Source: an uncultured Candidatus Saccharibacteria bacterium (GTDB taxonomy: Bacteria > Patescibacteriota > Minisyncoccia > Phycocordibacterales > UBA9973). From it: 64,000 nt of DNA. Numbering within the stretch: position 1 is the first letter of the stretch; every line of letters starts with the position of its first letter. The position numbers and the translations under genes were made by a program. Positions 27,321-36,675 of this stretch are shown here, in pieces. The DNA lies in the NCBI GenBank assembly GCA_964634365.1, contig CAZWJU010000004.1:3927-67926 (forward strand). Reading direction: 5' to 3'. Under the pieces are notes generated by a model. That model saw only the letters and a list, made by a program, of their open reading frames with translations, did not search any database and was not told the DNA's origin.

Positions 27321-27968
27321 TTATGCTTCTATCGCACTAGTTGGAATATAAAAATAGTGCTTTTTGAAATTTTCGTCGATTACAAATACCAATGTTGCTG
27401 GGATTGCATTTTTTGGTATTTTCTCCCGATACTGGACTATCTCGGTTGAGATGGTCGGTTTTTTAAGTTTTACGTTACCAATCTTGGCAACTTTCTTCTT
27501 CTTACCATCCTTGTACTTGACTCTGTCGTCAATCAGCCTGAGACCTTTTTTTGTCTTAGCAAGATAATAGTTTACTTTTTTATCAAAACGAGATTTTCGG
27601 CCACTATGCTGAATATAGATTTTAGGGTAACTATTGTAAACAGCTTCCTCTAACTCTTTGTCCGGCGGATTGCCGTCTCCTGATAAAAATTCTCCAGGAG
27701 ATAAGTGCCTTTTAATCTCGTGTTCACTTGAGTTCATGACCACGTCATAAATCTCTGAGTCTTTGAGATTTGCATTTACGAGATTGTTTGTCAGTGTGGA
27801 CTCATACTTGATTCCACAATCCTTGCAGTTAAATCCTTCACTTACAACATATTTAGGAGTATGTGCTCCGGGACCAATAATCCCATTAGACTGTCCATAT
27901 TTTACTGTGATTTTTTCTACAATTGTGCCCTTGCATATCTTGCAAATGGCTTTCGTGATTAGTTCCAT
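27321..27968 (-). CDS. Basic hypothetical protein with N-terminal CxxC...CxxC
   Basis: CKIC and CKDC; promoter TTGACA-17-TAGAGT at 27985-28013. Confidence 0.65.
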   Translation of the reverse strand: MELITKAICKICKGTIVEKITVKYGQSNGIIGPGAHTPKYVVSEGFNCKDCGIKYESTLTNNLVNANLKDSEIYDVVMNSSEHEIKRHLSPGEFLSGDGNPPDKELEEAVYNSYPKIYIQHSGRKSRFDKKVNYYLAKTKKGLRLIDDRVKYKDGKKKKVAKIGNVKLKKPTISTEIVQYREKIPKNAIPATLVFVIDENFKKHYFYIPTSAIEA

Positions 27969-28011
27969 AATGTGCTTTTTCTAGACTCTAATATTTATAC
28001 ATAAATATGTC

Positions 28012-28056
28012 AATAAAAATAAAAACCTCATTTTAATGAGGTTTTTATTTTTATTT
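28012..28056. terminator. Hairpin terminator of the thrS unit
   Basis: AATAAAAATAAAAACCTCATT-TT-AATGAGGTTTTTATTTTTATT. Confidence 0.75.
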
Positions 28057-28227
28057 ATTGAATTTTTGTTTCTTGCCACACCATGGGCAGAACCAGAATT
28101 GTATTTTTTTCTTTGCAATTTTTGGATCCCCAATACTCCACCACTTATCACAATCTCCACAGCGAAAGTGGTGTAAGTGTTCTACAGATACAGTGCCCTT
28201 AAGATTTTCGTGTACTGATTTCTTCAT
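28051..28227 (-). CDS. Zinc-ribbon microprotein (58 aa), not in the ORF track
   Basis: MKKSVHENLKGTVSVEHLHHFRCGDCDKWWSIGDPKIAKKKIQFWFCPWCGKKQKFNK; overlaps the thrS 3' end. Confidence 0.7.
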   Translation of the reverse strand: MKKSVHENLKGTVSVEHLHHFRCGDCDKWWSIGDPKIAKKKIQFWFCPWCGKKQKFNK

Positions 28228-29950
28228 TTAGCATTCCAATAAAATCTTCAAGACTTATATTTTCTATTTTATCGCCAGAGCGTTTTTCTACAGTTAGAGA
28301 GTTTGATGTAACTTCTTTTTCACCTACTACAATAACATAAGGTATTTTTTCAGTTTTTGCATTTCGTATGCGCTTGCCAAGTGTATCACTTGCTCCATCT
28401 AGATCAGCTCGTACTCCTGCTGATTTTAGATTATTTAGAATGTTCACAGAAAAATCATTGAATTTTTCACTAACAGGAACTATTCGTACTTGTACTGGAG
28501 AAAGCCATGTTGGCCATATACCAGCGTAGTGTTCAATCAAAAATGCAGTGAAGCGTTCGTGAGTAGACAGAGGTGCTCGGTGGATTACAAATATTTCGTT
28601 ATTTATTTTTCCAGTTTCATCTATATATGAAAGCTCAAAACGTTTCTTCGCTATAAAGTCGAGCTGAACTGTGGACATACTTTCTGTGCGGCCGATTACA
28701 GATTTGAATTGGATATCGACTTTTGGTCCATAGAATGCAGCTTCGTCTTTTACTTCAATAAACTTTACACCGAGCTCTACGAGTACATCTCGGAGCACTC
28801 CTTCTGTATAATTCCAGTTTTCTGGTTCATCTACATACTTATCTTTTCTTTCTGGATCCCAGAGAGATAATCTGAACCAATAATCTTTTAGTCCAAATAT
28901 TTCAAAATATTTCATTGTGAGTGCTAGAGCATTTTTGAATTCATCTCGTATTTGGTCTTTGCGGCAGTATATATGAGCGTCGTTCATAGCAAGACATCGA
29001 ACGCGTAATAGTCCAGCTAAAGTTCCAGAAAGTTCGTTTCTGTACACTGTGCCGTATTCTGCGAGGCGTACAGGTAAGTCACGATAGCTTCTATGTTCAT
29101 GACGGAAGATTATATGATGATGTGGACAGTTCATGGCTTTTAGATAGTATGTTCCATCATCCATAACCATCGCAGGGTACATATCGTCTTTGTAGTAAGG
29201 GAGGTGGCCTGAAGTTAGGAAGAGTTCTTCTTTTGCGAGGTGTGGAGTCACTACACGTACATACTCAGCATCACTTTCCATCTGGCGGGCAAATTTTTCT
29301 ATTTCATCGCGAATGATTGTTCCGTTTGGTTGCCACATGATTAGTCCCTTGCCAACCATTTCATCAACGAAGAAAAGTTTTTGCTCTTGGCCAATTTTTC
29401 TGTGATCGCGTTTCTGTGCTTCTTCGCGCATATTCAAATACTCATCTAGTTTTTCTTTTGATTCAAATGCAAGTCCGTATATGCGAGTAAGCATTTTATT
29501 TTTTTCACTGCCGCGCCAGTATGCACCAGCAACACGGTCAAGCTTCCAAGATCCATCCACTATATCTTCACTAGGATTTTCAACGTGACCTCCGCGACAT
29601 AGATCTGTAAAATCACCCGAAGTGTATAAAGTTATATCTTCACCCTTTGAAGCAATTTCTTCTATTAGCTCTGACTTGTATTCGTTGCCTGCGAATTTTT
29701 CACGCGCTTCCTCTGGTGTATTTTTTTTATGTGTAAAGTTTGTCCAAGTAGGGAGTAGTTCACGCATCTTTTCTTCAATTTTTGGTAAATCAGCTTCACT
29801 TATTTTTCCTGAAACATCTATATCATAATAGAAGCCGTCCTCTATTGAAGGTCCAAGTGTTAACTTTGATCCTGGGTATATTTCTAATACAGCCGCTCCT
29901 AAAAGGTGGGCTAGAGTGTGTCTTTTTGGGTGCAATTGTTCTTCGTTCAT
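28199..29950 (-). CDS. thrS: Threonine-tRNA ligase (no TGS domain)
   Basis: HTLAHLL, DLCRGGH, GAYWRG, RDHRKIG, KAMNCPHH, AAFYGPK, HRAP...ERF. Confidence 0.97.
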   Translation of the reverse strand: MNEEQLHPKRHTLAHLLGAAVLEIYPGSKLTLGPSIEDGFYYDIDVSGKISEADLPKIEEKMRELLPTWTNFTHKKNTPEEAREKFAGNEYKSELIEEIASKGEDITLYTSGDFTDLCRGGHVENPSEDIVDGSWKLDRVAGAYWRGSEKNKMLTRIYGLAFESKEKLDEYLNMREEAQKRDHRKIGQEQKLFFVDEMVGKGLIMWQPNGTIIRDEIEKFARQMESDAEYVRVVTPHLAKEELFLTSGHLPYYKDDMYPAMVMDDGTYYLKAMNCPHHHIIFRHEHRSYRDLPVRLAEYGTVYRNELSGTLAGLLRVRCLAMNDAHIYCRKDQIRDEFKNALALTMKYFEIFGLKDYWFRLSLWDPERKDKYVDEPENWNYTEGVLRDVLVELGVKFIEVKDEAAFYGPKVDIQFKSVIGRTESMSTVQLDFIAKKRFELSYIDETGKINNEIFVIHRAPLSTHERFTAFLIEHYAGIWPTWLSPVQVRIVPVSEKFNDFSVNILNNLKSAGVRADLDGASDTLGKRIRNAKTEKIPYVIVVGEKEVTSNSLTVEKRSGDKIENISLEDFIGMLNEEISTRKS

Positions 29951-29999
29951 ATGGGTTACTATATCATTTTAAAATTATAATTTCGAGCGATTTTTTAAT

Positions 30000-30093
30000 A
30001 AAAAATACCCCTTTATGGGGCTGTTTTCCGTGGTACAACGAATACAACCCCGTGCTAGGTGGTAGTAGTTGTAGTCGTTGTGTTTATTTGCAT
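30000..30093 (-). promoter_or_regulatory. Threonine-sensing transcription attenuator of thrS
   Basis: Thr-rich leader ORF plus alternative stems 1:2, 2:3 (antiterminator) and 3:4 (terminator with U tract). Confidence 0.85.
30055..30093 (-). CDS. thrS leader peptide MQINTTTTTTTT
   Basis: ATG CAA ATA AAC ACA ACG ACT ACA ACT ACT ACC ACC TAG: 8 consecutive Thr codons using all four synonyms. Confidence 0.88.
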   Translation of the reverse strand: MQINTTTTTTTT

Positions 30094-30099
30094 AGATTA

Positions 30100-30128
30100 A
30101 GTATGCATCTATGCGAATATTTTAGCAA
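30100..30128 (-). promoter_or_regulatory. Promoter of the thrS leader, TTGCTA-17-CATACT
   Basis: The -10 box ends 6 nt before the leader ATG, a leaderless geometry. Confidence 0.6.
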
Positions 30129-30129
30129 G

Positions 30130-33100
30130 TTATTCGGCTAGTTTTACCGCTTCAAGGAGGATACTTTTTTCATTATTTCTTATTGAAACTTTTCCTTTGA
30201 AAGTAAGACATTTATCTTCTAGAAGTAGTGGAGAGTATTGTTCAAAAGTCCTACTAAATACAACAGCCTCTATACTTCCGGTTAGGTCTATGATTTTCAA
30301 GAAAGCCATTTTTTCGTTTTTCTTTGTGATGATAGTTTTTATACTATTTGGCATTCCAACAAAAGTTACAGGAAAACCATTTGCAGTTTTCTCCAAGATT
30401 TGTTTTATGTTTGTTCCACTTTTTTCAATCAAGTGAGAACATTTCTCAAGTGGGTGACCAGAAATATATAAACCTAAAAATTCTTTTTCCCAAGCCAATT
30501 TTTGTGCCTCTTCTATCTTAGGTGCCTCGTGTAGGTTTAGCTTTGCGCTATTTTGATAATCCATTCCTCCGAACAAAGACTCCTGACCTTTGTTGCTTTC
30601 TGTTTGTTTGTTGTAAGAGAGTAGTATTTCCATATTACCCAAGAGTTCGCCTCTATCGCCATACATATCCATAGCACCAGATTTTATGAGAGCTTCTAGA
30701 GATTTTTTGTTTAAACTGCGATGATGAACACGTTCCAAGAAGTTTGCTAGACTCGTGAAAGGACCTTTTTCTTTTCTGTCGTGGATAATAGCCTTGCCGA
30801 TTTCTTCTCCGAAATTTTTTATACTATTTAATCCGAATCGGATCTTGTTACTTATTTCTCCATTTTCCATAACAACAGTAAAGTCAGAGAAACTTTCGTT
30901 TATATCTGGGGGGAGCACTACGAATCCCATTCTCTTGCACTCGTCGATAACCTCGGCTACTTTTTCTAAGTCATCACTTTCTGCTGTTAGGATAGATGAC
31001 ATGTATTCAGCTGGGTAGTTGGCTTTCATGTAAGCTGTTTGATAAGCAACTTTTCCATAACTTGCAGCATGAGCTTTGTTGAATCCATAAGCCTGGAATG
31101 GTTCAAAAAGTTTCCATAAATTCTCTGCGAATTTTTGGGTCTGTCCATTGGCGACAATTCCTTTTATGAGTTTTTGTTTTTGCGCGGCCATTTCTGCGGG
31201 AATTTTTTTACCTACAGCTTTTCGAAACTTGTCTGCCTCTTCCCAGTTATATCCAGCAAGTTCTAGTGCAGAGAAAAGCAAGTCGTCTTGATAAACTATC
31301 AAGCCATATGAAGCTTTTAGATATTTTTCCATTCTAGGGTCTGGGTATGATATAAGTTCGGGATTGTTTTTGCGTTTAATATATTCTGGAATTGTTTCCA
31401 TCGGACCTGGTCGGTACAGAGCCACCATAGCATTCAAGTCGTCTACACAAGTTGGTTTCAAGTCTTTTACATAAACAGTCATACCATCTCCAGACAATTG
31501 AAAAACTCCCACAGTTTCTCCACGAGCAAGCATTTCAAAAGTTTTCTTGTCATCGTATGGAATTTTCTCGAGGTCTATATTTATACCGCGTATTTTTTTT
31601 ATGCGTTCTATTGCATCTCCTAAAATCGATAGGTTTCTAATACCCAAGAAGTCTAGTTTTAAAAGTCCCGCTTCTTCTATAGAGTACATATCGTATTGAG
31701 TGATAATCTTGTCACCCTTAGGGTCGAATTGGATAGGAGAGAAATCTTCGACTGGAGTCGGTGCTACCACCACGCCAGCAGCGTGGACTGAGATATGTCT
31801 TGCACAGCCTTCCATTTTCTTTGCTAGGTCTATTATCTCTTTTGTTTCTCGTTCATTTTCATATGCAGCTTTTAATTCTGGGACCAACTCGAAAGCTTTG
31901 TCTATTGTCATAGGCATACCCTGAGAGCCCATAGGGATCATTTTAGATATTCTGTCGCCGATAGAATACGAATACCCGAGCGCTCTAGCAACATCTCTAA
32001 CAGACCCTCTGGCCATCATGGTTCCAAATGTACCGATTTGTGCTACGTTTGCAGTTCCGTATTTTTGTTTTGCATACGAAATCATGTCATCACGTCTGTT
32101 GTCGGCGATATCCATATCAATATCGGGAGGAGATGGGCGAAATGGGTTCAAGAATCTTTCAAATGGTAGTTTAAAATGAATCGGGTCCACTGTAGTAATA
32201 AAGTTTAGATAAGAAACAAATGATCCCGCAGCAGATCCTCTGGTTGTAGATATAATATTATTTTCACGAGCATAGCGAAGCAGGTCTGACACAACTAAAA
32301 AGTAAGGGGAGTAGCCTTTGTTTTTTATTATTTCAAGTTCGTATTCTACACGCTCCAGCATCTCAGGAGTTTTTTCAATACCACGCAATGCAAAACCTTC
32401 ATAAGTCACTTTTTTTAATTCTGCATCGTAAGTTGTACCTTCGGGTATTTCATATTTTGGGAAAACCCAATCACCAAGTGATATTTGTATATCAATCATA
32501 TCAGCAAGTTTAGATGTATTGTCGTATGCTCCGGGTATGTCACGGAAAATATTTCTTGCCTCTTCGCTAGATATAAAAGAATAATCTCCGTTTTTCATAC
32601 TTATGTTGTTTGAGCCAACTTCGCTTCCCGTGTTTATGGCTACGAGTGTGTCCTGTGCTTCGGCGTCATCTTTGTGTAGATAGTGAGAGTCCCATGTTCC
32701 AACTATTGGTAGGTTCATCTCTTCTGCTATCTGAACAATATCTTTTATAAGCGGTGTATACCATTCAACATCGTCGTGTTTCATTACTTCCACAAAAACG
32801 TTTTCTTTACCAAAAATTTCAATATAAAAATTTAAAAGATCCTTAGCTTTATCTAAATGTTTGTTTTTTATTAAAGTTATAAATTCACTAGCAGGACATC
32901 CGGAAAGACAGATTATTCCTTCTCCGAATTCTTTCAAGAGATCTTTGTCCATACGAGGTTTATAGTAGAAACCTTCAATATTTGATCGAGACACGAGCTT
33001 CATTAGATTTCGGTATCCTTTTTCATTTTTTGCGAGGAGTGTTAAATGGTAGCGTTTGTTATCAAGACCTGGGTCTTTGTCGAAACGTGTTCGTTCAGCT

Positions 33101-33306
33101 ATATATGCCTCAACTCCAATGATTGGTTTGATACCTTCTTTTTTACAGGCCTTATAGAATTCGATTGCGCCATACATACTGCCATGGTCGGTAAGTGCAA
33201 TAGCGTCCATTCCATACGCTTTTGCAGTTTTCACTAAATCATCTATTTTTGTTAGACCATCAAGTAGGGAATAGTGTGAGTGTGTATGTAGGTGTACGAA
33301 TGACAT
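30130..33306 (-). CDS. dnaE: DNA polymerase III alpha subunit
   Basis: HLHTHSHYSLLDG PHP domain, RGSAAGS, FERFLNP, PDIDMD, KLDFLG, YGFNKAHA. Confidence 0.98.
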   Translation of the reverse strand: MSFVHLHTHSHYSLLDGLTKIDDLVKTAKAYGMDAIALTDHGSMYGAIEFYKACKKEGIKPIIGVEAYIAERTRFDKDPGLDNKRYHLTLLAKNEKGYRNLMKLVSRSNIEGFYYKPRMDKDLLKEFGEGIICLSGCPASEFITLIKNKHLDKAKDLLNFYIEIFGKENVFVEVMKHDDVEWYTPLIKDIVQIAEEMNLPIVGTWDSHYLHKDDAEAQDTLVAINTGSEVGSNNISMKNGDYSFISSEEARNIFRDIPGAYDNTSKLADMIDIQISLGDWVFPKYEIPEGTTYDAELKKVTYEGFALRGIEKTPEMLERVEYELEIIKNKGYSPYFLVVSDLLRYARENNIISTTRGSAAGSFVSYLNFITTVDPIHFKLPFERFLNPFRPSPPDIDMDIADNRRDDMISYAKQKYGTANVAQIGTFGTMMARGSVRDVARALGYSYSIGDRISKMIPMGSQGMPMTIDKAFELVPELKAAYENERETKEIIDLAKKMEGCARHISVHAAGVVVAPTPVEDFSPIQFDPKGDKIITQYDMYSIEEAGLLKLDFLGIRNLSILGDAIERIKKIRGINIDLEKIPYDDKKTFEMLARGETVGVFQLSGDGMTVYVKDLKPTCVDDLNAMVALYRPGPMETIPEYIKRKNNPELISYPDPRMEKYLKASYGLIVYQDDLLFSALELAGYNWEEADKFRKAVGKKIPAEMAAQKQKLIKGIVANGQTQKFAENLWKLFEPFQAYGFNKAHAASYGKVAYQTAYMKANYPAEYMSSILTAESDDLEKVAEVIDECKRMGFVVLPPDINESFSDFTVVMENGEISNKIRFGLNSIKNFGEEIGKAIIHDRKEKGPFTSLANFLERVHHRSLNKKSLEALIKSGAMDMYGDRGELLGNMEILLSYNKQTESNKGQESLFGGMDYQNSAKLNLHEAPKIEEAQKLAWEKEFLGLYISGHPLEKCSHLIEKSGTNIKQILEKTANGFPVTFVGMPNSIKTIITKKNEKMAFLKIIDLTGSIEAVVFSRTFEQYSPLLLEDKCLTFKGKVSIRNNEKSILLEAVKLAE

Positions 33307-33335
33307 AGAGAGATTATATCAGATAAAAAAGATAT

Positions 33336-33364
33336 TTGACAAAACGATTTATTTTATATATAAT
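33336..33364 (+). promoter_or_regulatory. Consensus sigma70 promoter TTGACA-17-TATAAT
   Basis: TTGACA aaacgatttattttata TATAAT. Confidence 0.8.
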
Positions 33365-33384
33365 ATAAGGCAAATGATCTTAAT

Positions 33385-33705
33385 ATGAAGACATATATAA
33401 AATGTATTTTAGCCAACAAGGTAACTCTTGTAGGCATCATACTTTTAGTATTTGGTTTTTTTCTTAGATTACCCGTCTTTAACTCAGAAGAGTTATTTAA
33501 GTTGGGGACAGTTCTTGTATCTTTGAGTATGTGGCCATTAATCATAACTTTTGCAGGGTTCGATACATATTTCACATATAAAAGAACCTCGAAAATTATT
33601 GCAGAAAAAGGAATAGGAGCTGTCGATAGTATAAATCCCACATCTTATTGCAATAAATGCGGGTATAATCTCGCTATTAAAGAAGTCAAAAATCGAAACA
33701 TATGA
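33385..33705 (+). CDS. Two-TM hypothetical protein
   Basis: Two hydrophobic segments; C-terminal YCNKCG. Confidence 0.65.
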   Translation: MKTYIKCILANKVTLVGIILLVFGFFLRLPVFNSEELFKLGTVLVSLSMWPLIITFAGFDTYFTYKRTSKIIAEKGIGAVDSINPTSYCNKCGYNLAIKEVKNRNI

Positions 33706-34007
33706 GCCGAAAAGAGATGGGTCTTATAATTGTTGGTCATGTTGGTTTTGGTAGGACGGTATTTTCTGAGCTTATGGCGCATAAAATGCAAAATGACTTA
33801 GATATAGTTTTGGTAGCAGAAGAAGATCCCAAAGAGCAAATTCCATTTGTTATCAAAAATATTCCGATTGAAATGCTTGAGATGCCGGTATTATTTGTAG
33901 AGCATGATGAAAAGTTCTACGGCAAGCAAACAAAAAGGAAAAAAGCCTATCTCAACTACAGCAAAAAATTTAATAAAAAAATCTACAATCGCAAGATTGT
34001 GAGATGA
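33702..34007 (+). CDS. Hypothetical protein with degenerate P-loop-like N-terminus
   Basis: IIVGHVGFGRT; ATGA overlap with the upstream gene; hairpin at 34021-34049. Confidence 0.6.
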   Translation: MSRKEMGLIIVGHVGFGRTVFSELMAHKMQNDLDIVLVAEEDPKEQIPFVIKNIPIEMLEMPVLFVEHDEKFYGKQTKRKKAYLNYSKKFNKKIYNRKIVR

Positions 34008-34063
34008 GATATTCTTTTAGATCCCTCGGTACTAAGCCGGGGGATTTTTGTTATTATAGATAC

Positions 34064-34663
34064 ATGAATTCAATTTTTGGTATAGACGAAGCTGGGCGTG
34101 GGCCCATAGCAGGTCCAGTTTCAGTTGGAGTATTTCGGAGTGATTTGTCTATTGTTGAACTTAAAAAATCTATCAAGAAAACTGGCTTGAAACTTCGTGA
34201 TTCTAAAAAACTTACTCACAAAGAACGCGAAATTTGGTTTCTTCAAATTCAAAAGTGGAAAGACGAAGGCAAATGTGATTTCAATGTCACACTCATCAGC
34301 GCGAAAATAATTGATAAAAAAGGAATAGTTTTTGCAATTAACAAATCTCTGCATTCTTCTCTCTATAACCTAAAACCTAAAACCTCACACCTAATTTTGC
34401 TTGACGGTGGATTGAAAGCACCCAAGGAGTTTAAAAAGCAAAAGACAATCATAAAAGGCGACGAGAAAGAACCTGTGATATCATTAGCCTCTATATGTGC
34501 AAAGGTTACAAGAGATAGATATATGGATAAAATTTCTAAAAAATACTCAAAATATAATTTTTACATACATAAAGGCTATGGGACCAGGTCCCACTACGAA
34601 GCCATATACAAATACGGTGTTACAGATATACACCGCAAGACATTTTTGAAAAAAGTCTTGTAA
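34064..34663 (+). CDS. rnhB: Ribonuclease HII
   Basis: GIDEAGRGP, DSKKL, LLDG, KGD, ASICAKVTRD, HKGYGT, HR; start at ATG 34064. Confidence 0.95.
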   Translation: MNSIFGIDEAGRGPIAGPVSVGVFRSDLSIVELKKSIKKTGLKLRDSKKLTHKEREIWFLQIQKWKDEGKCDFNVTLISAKIIDKKGIVFAINKSLHSSLYNLKPKTSHLILLDGGLKAPKEFKKQKTIIKGDEKEPVISLASICAKVTRDRYMDKISKKYSKYNFYIHKGYGTRSHYEAIYKYGVTDIHRKTFLKKVL

Positions 34664-34693
34664 TTTATATGCCCCTGTGCTATACTTCTCCAC

Positions 34694-34912
34694 ATGGTAG
34701 TCCGAATGCGACATACGCGGTCACACACCGCCAACAGACGTTCACATCACGCCCTAAAGGCGCGCATTTTCTCTGTTGATACAGAAACTGGAGTTCCTCA
34801 TCTTCGTCACCATGTATGTACCACAACTGGTATGTATAGAGGTAAAAAAGTATTAGAGGTTAACAAAAAAACCATAAAAAAAGCTGAAAAAATGGCAAAA
34901 GCAAAGAAATAA
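34694..34912 (+). CDS. rpmF: 50S ribosomal protein L32
   Basis: RHTRSHTANRRSHHAL...LRHHVC...GMYRGK. Confidence 0.92.
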   Translation: MVVRMRHTRSHTANRRSHHALKARIFSVDTETGVPHLRHHVCTTTGMYRGKKVLEVNKKTIKKAEKMAKAKK

Positions 34913-34982
34913 TTCTTTATTTTCCTAGCGTTGCTGTTCTTTCCTTCCTTCATATAAAAATAAAAAAGTTGTAAACAACATT

Positions 34983-35879
34983 ATGGCAAACAGGCACCTT
35001 TCAAGATCAATAGTTCTCCAATCACTCTTTGAGTGGGATTTCAATGGAAAACAGGACGACACAATCGTACCTATATTGAAGCGCAACGAAACTGAATTCG
35101 GTCCGGGTTTAGATGATTTTACATTTATCGAAAATCTAGCTGAATTGGTACTAAAAAAGCGATCAATCATTGATGAAATCATAACCAAAGCTGCTCCGGA
35201 TTGGCCTATTGATAAAATATCAGTTGTAGATAGAAACATATTGAGACTCGGTCTTGCTGAGTTATTATTTGGCAACAGAGAAGAAGTTCCACCAAAAGTA
35301 GCTATCAATGAAGCAATTGAGCTTGCTAAAGCTTTTGGAGGTGAGACATCTAGTAAATTTGTAAATGGAGTTCTAGGTGCTGTATACAAAGAGATAGGAG
35401 AGCCAGGAAAAGAACAAACTTCTAAAAAGAAAAAAGATGATACTCCTGTTGATATAACAAAACTACCTACTGAAAAGAAAGCAGGTGCTGTTATATATGC
35501 TATCCACGATGGTTCTGTATACTTTGCGCTTGTACACGATGTTTTTGGATATTGGACTTTATCTAAAGGCGGAGTAGAAGATGGTGAAGATGAGTCTGTT
35601 GCTGTTGTTCGTGAGATCAAAGACGAAGTAGGTTTGCCTATAATAGTCAAAGAAAAGCTCGGACAAAATGAATATGTTGCTTCACATCCTGAAAAAGGAA
35701 AGATCAGAAAAGAAGTTCACTACTTTTTAGTTGAAGCTCCGTATCAAGAGCTTGTACTGACTTCAAGTGGCGGACTTGATGATGCAAAATGGTTTAGTTT
35801 GAGTCAGATAGGAGATATCAAGACATATGACGATATCTTGCCCCTACTCGCTAAATCTATTGAAAAGATTACAAAATAG
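34983..35879 (+). CDS. nusB: Transcription antitermination factor NusB fused to a Nudix domain
   Basis: DRNILRLG, VAINEAIELAK, KFVNGVLG; C-terminal KGGVEDGE...REIKDEVG. Confidence 0.92.
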   Translation: MANRHLSRSIVLQSLFEWDFNGKQDDTIVPILKRNETEFGPGLDDFTFIENLAELVLKKRSIIDEIITKAAPDWPIDKISVVDRNILRLGLAELLFGNREEVPPKVAINEAIELAKAFGGETSSKFVNGVLGAVYKEIGEPGKEQTSKKKKDDTPVDITKLPTEKKAGAVIYAIHDGSVYFALVHDVFGYWTLSKGGVEDGEDESVAVVREIKDEVGLPIIVKEKLGQNEYVASHPEKGKIRKEVHYFLVEAPYQELVLTSSGGLDDAKWFSLSQIGDIKTYDDILPLLAKSIEKITK

Positions 35880-35952
35880 TAAAATCAGGCTTTAGGCTCT
35901 AGAGAATTAGCGCGTCCGCTAGTCACTAGTGCCTAGTGCCTTTCTACAAAAA

Positions 35953-36648
35953 ATGATTGATTTCTCTCTTTTTGAAAAGAAGGTTGGGATGACCTTCAAA
36001 GACAAAAACTTGCTAATGCAGGCTTTTGTACATCGTTCATATCTAAACGAAAATCCAAATCTTAGTTTTTCTCACAATGAACGGTTAGAATTTTTAGGTG
36101 ATGCAGTACTCGAGCTGATTATCACAGACTATCTATATAAAAAGTTTTCACAACACAACGAAGGCGAGCTAACTGCTTTTAGAGCAGCTCTTGTGAATGC
36201 GGTAACAATTGCCGAAGTCGCTACTTCAATAGGTATGGGTGAATTTTTGCTTTTATCTAAAGGTGAAGCAAAAGATGTAGGTAAAGCTAGACAATATATA
36301 CTAGCAAACACTTACGAAGCTTTCTTGGGAGCGGTATACTTAGACCAGGGCTACGAAAGCGCTGAGCTTTTTGTATCAAAAACACTGTTTCCTCTGACTG
36401 ATGAGATTGTAAAAAACAAATCTTGGAGAGATCCAAAAAGTCTTGTTCAAGAAAAAGCTCAAGAGTTTGTAGGAGTTACTCCATCTTACAAGGTATTATC
36501 AGAAGCAGGCCCAGATCACGACAAACATTTTACTACTGGTATATTTTTTGGAACAGATTTGATAGCCCAAGGTAAAGGTAAGTCTAAACAAGAAGCAGAG
36601 CAAAAAGCAGCAACTGAAGCATTGAAAGTTAAGAATTGGCTTGATTAA
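35953..36648 (+). CDS. rnc: Ribonuclease III
   Basis: HNERLEFLGDAVL signature plus dsRBD. Confidence 0.97.
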   Translation: MIDFSLFEKKVGMTFKDKNLLMQAFVHRSYLNENPNLSFSHNERLEFLGDAVLELIITDYLYKKFSQHNEGELTAFRAALVNAVTIAEVATSIGMGEFLLLSKGEAKDVGKARQYILANTYEAFLGAVYLDQGYESAELFVSKTLFPLTDEIVKNKSWRDPKSLVQEKAQEFVGVTPSYKVLSEAGPDHDKHFTTGIFFGTDLIAQGKGKSKQEAEQKAATEALKVKNWLD

Positions 36649-36675
36649 AATATTTTAAAAAATTGATTTTAAAAA

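Noticed and set aside
29782-30141. 119-aa plus-strand ORF over the thrS start
   Set aside because: Antisense to thrS and its attenuator; its SSCSRC stretch is just the reverse of the Thr codons
34925-35650. 241-aa minus-strand ORF
   Set aside because: Antisense shadow of nusB-Nudix
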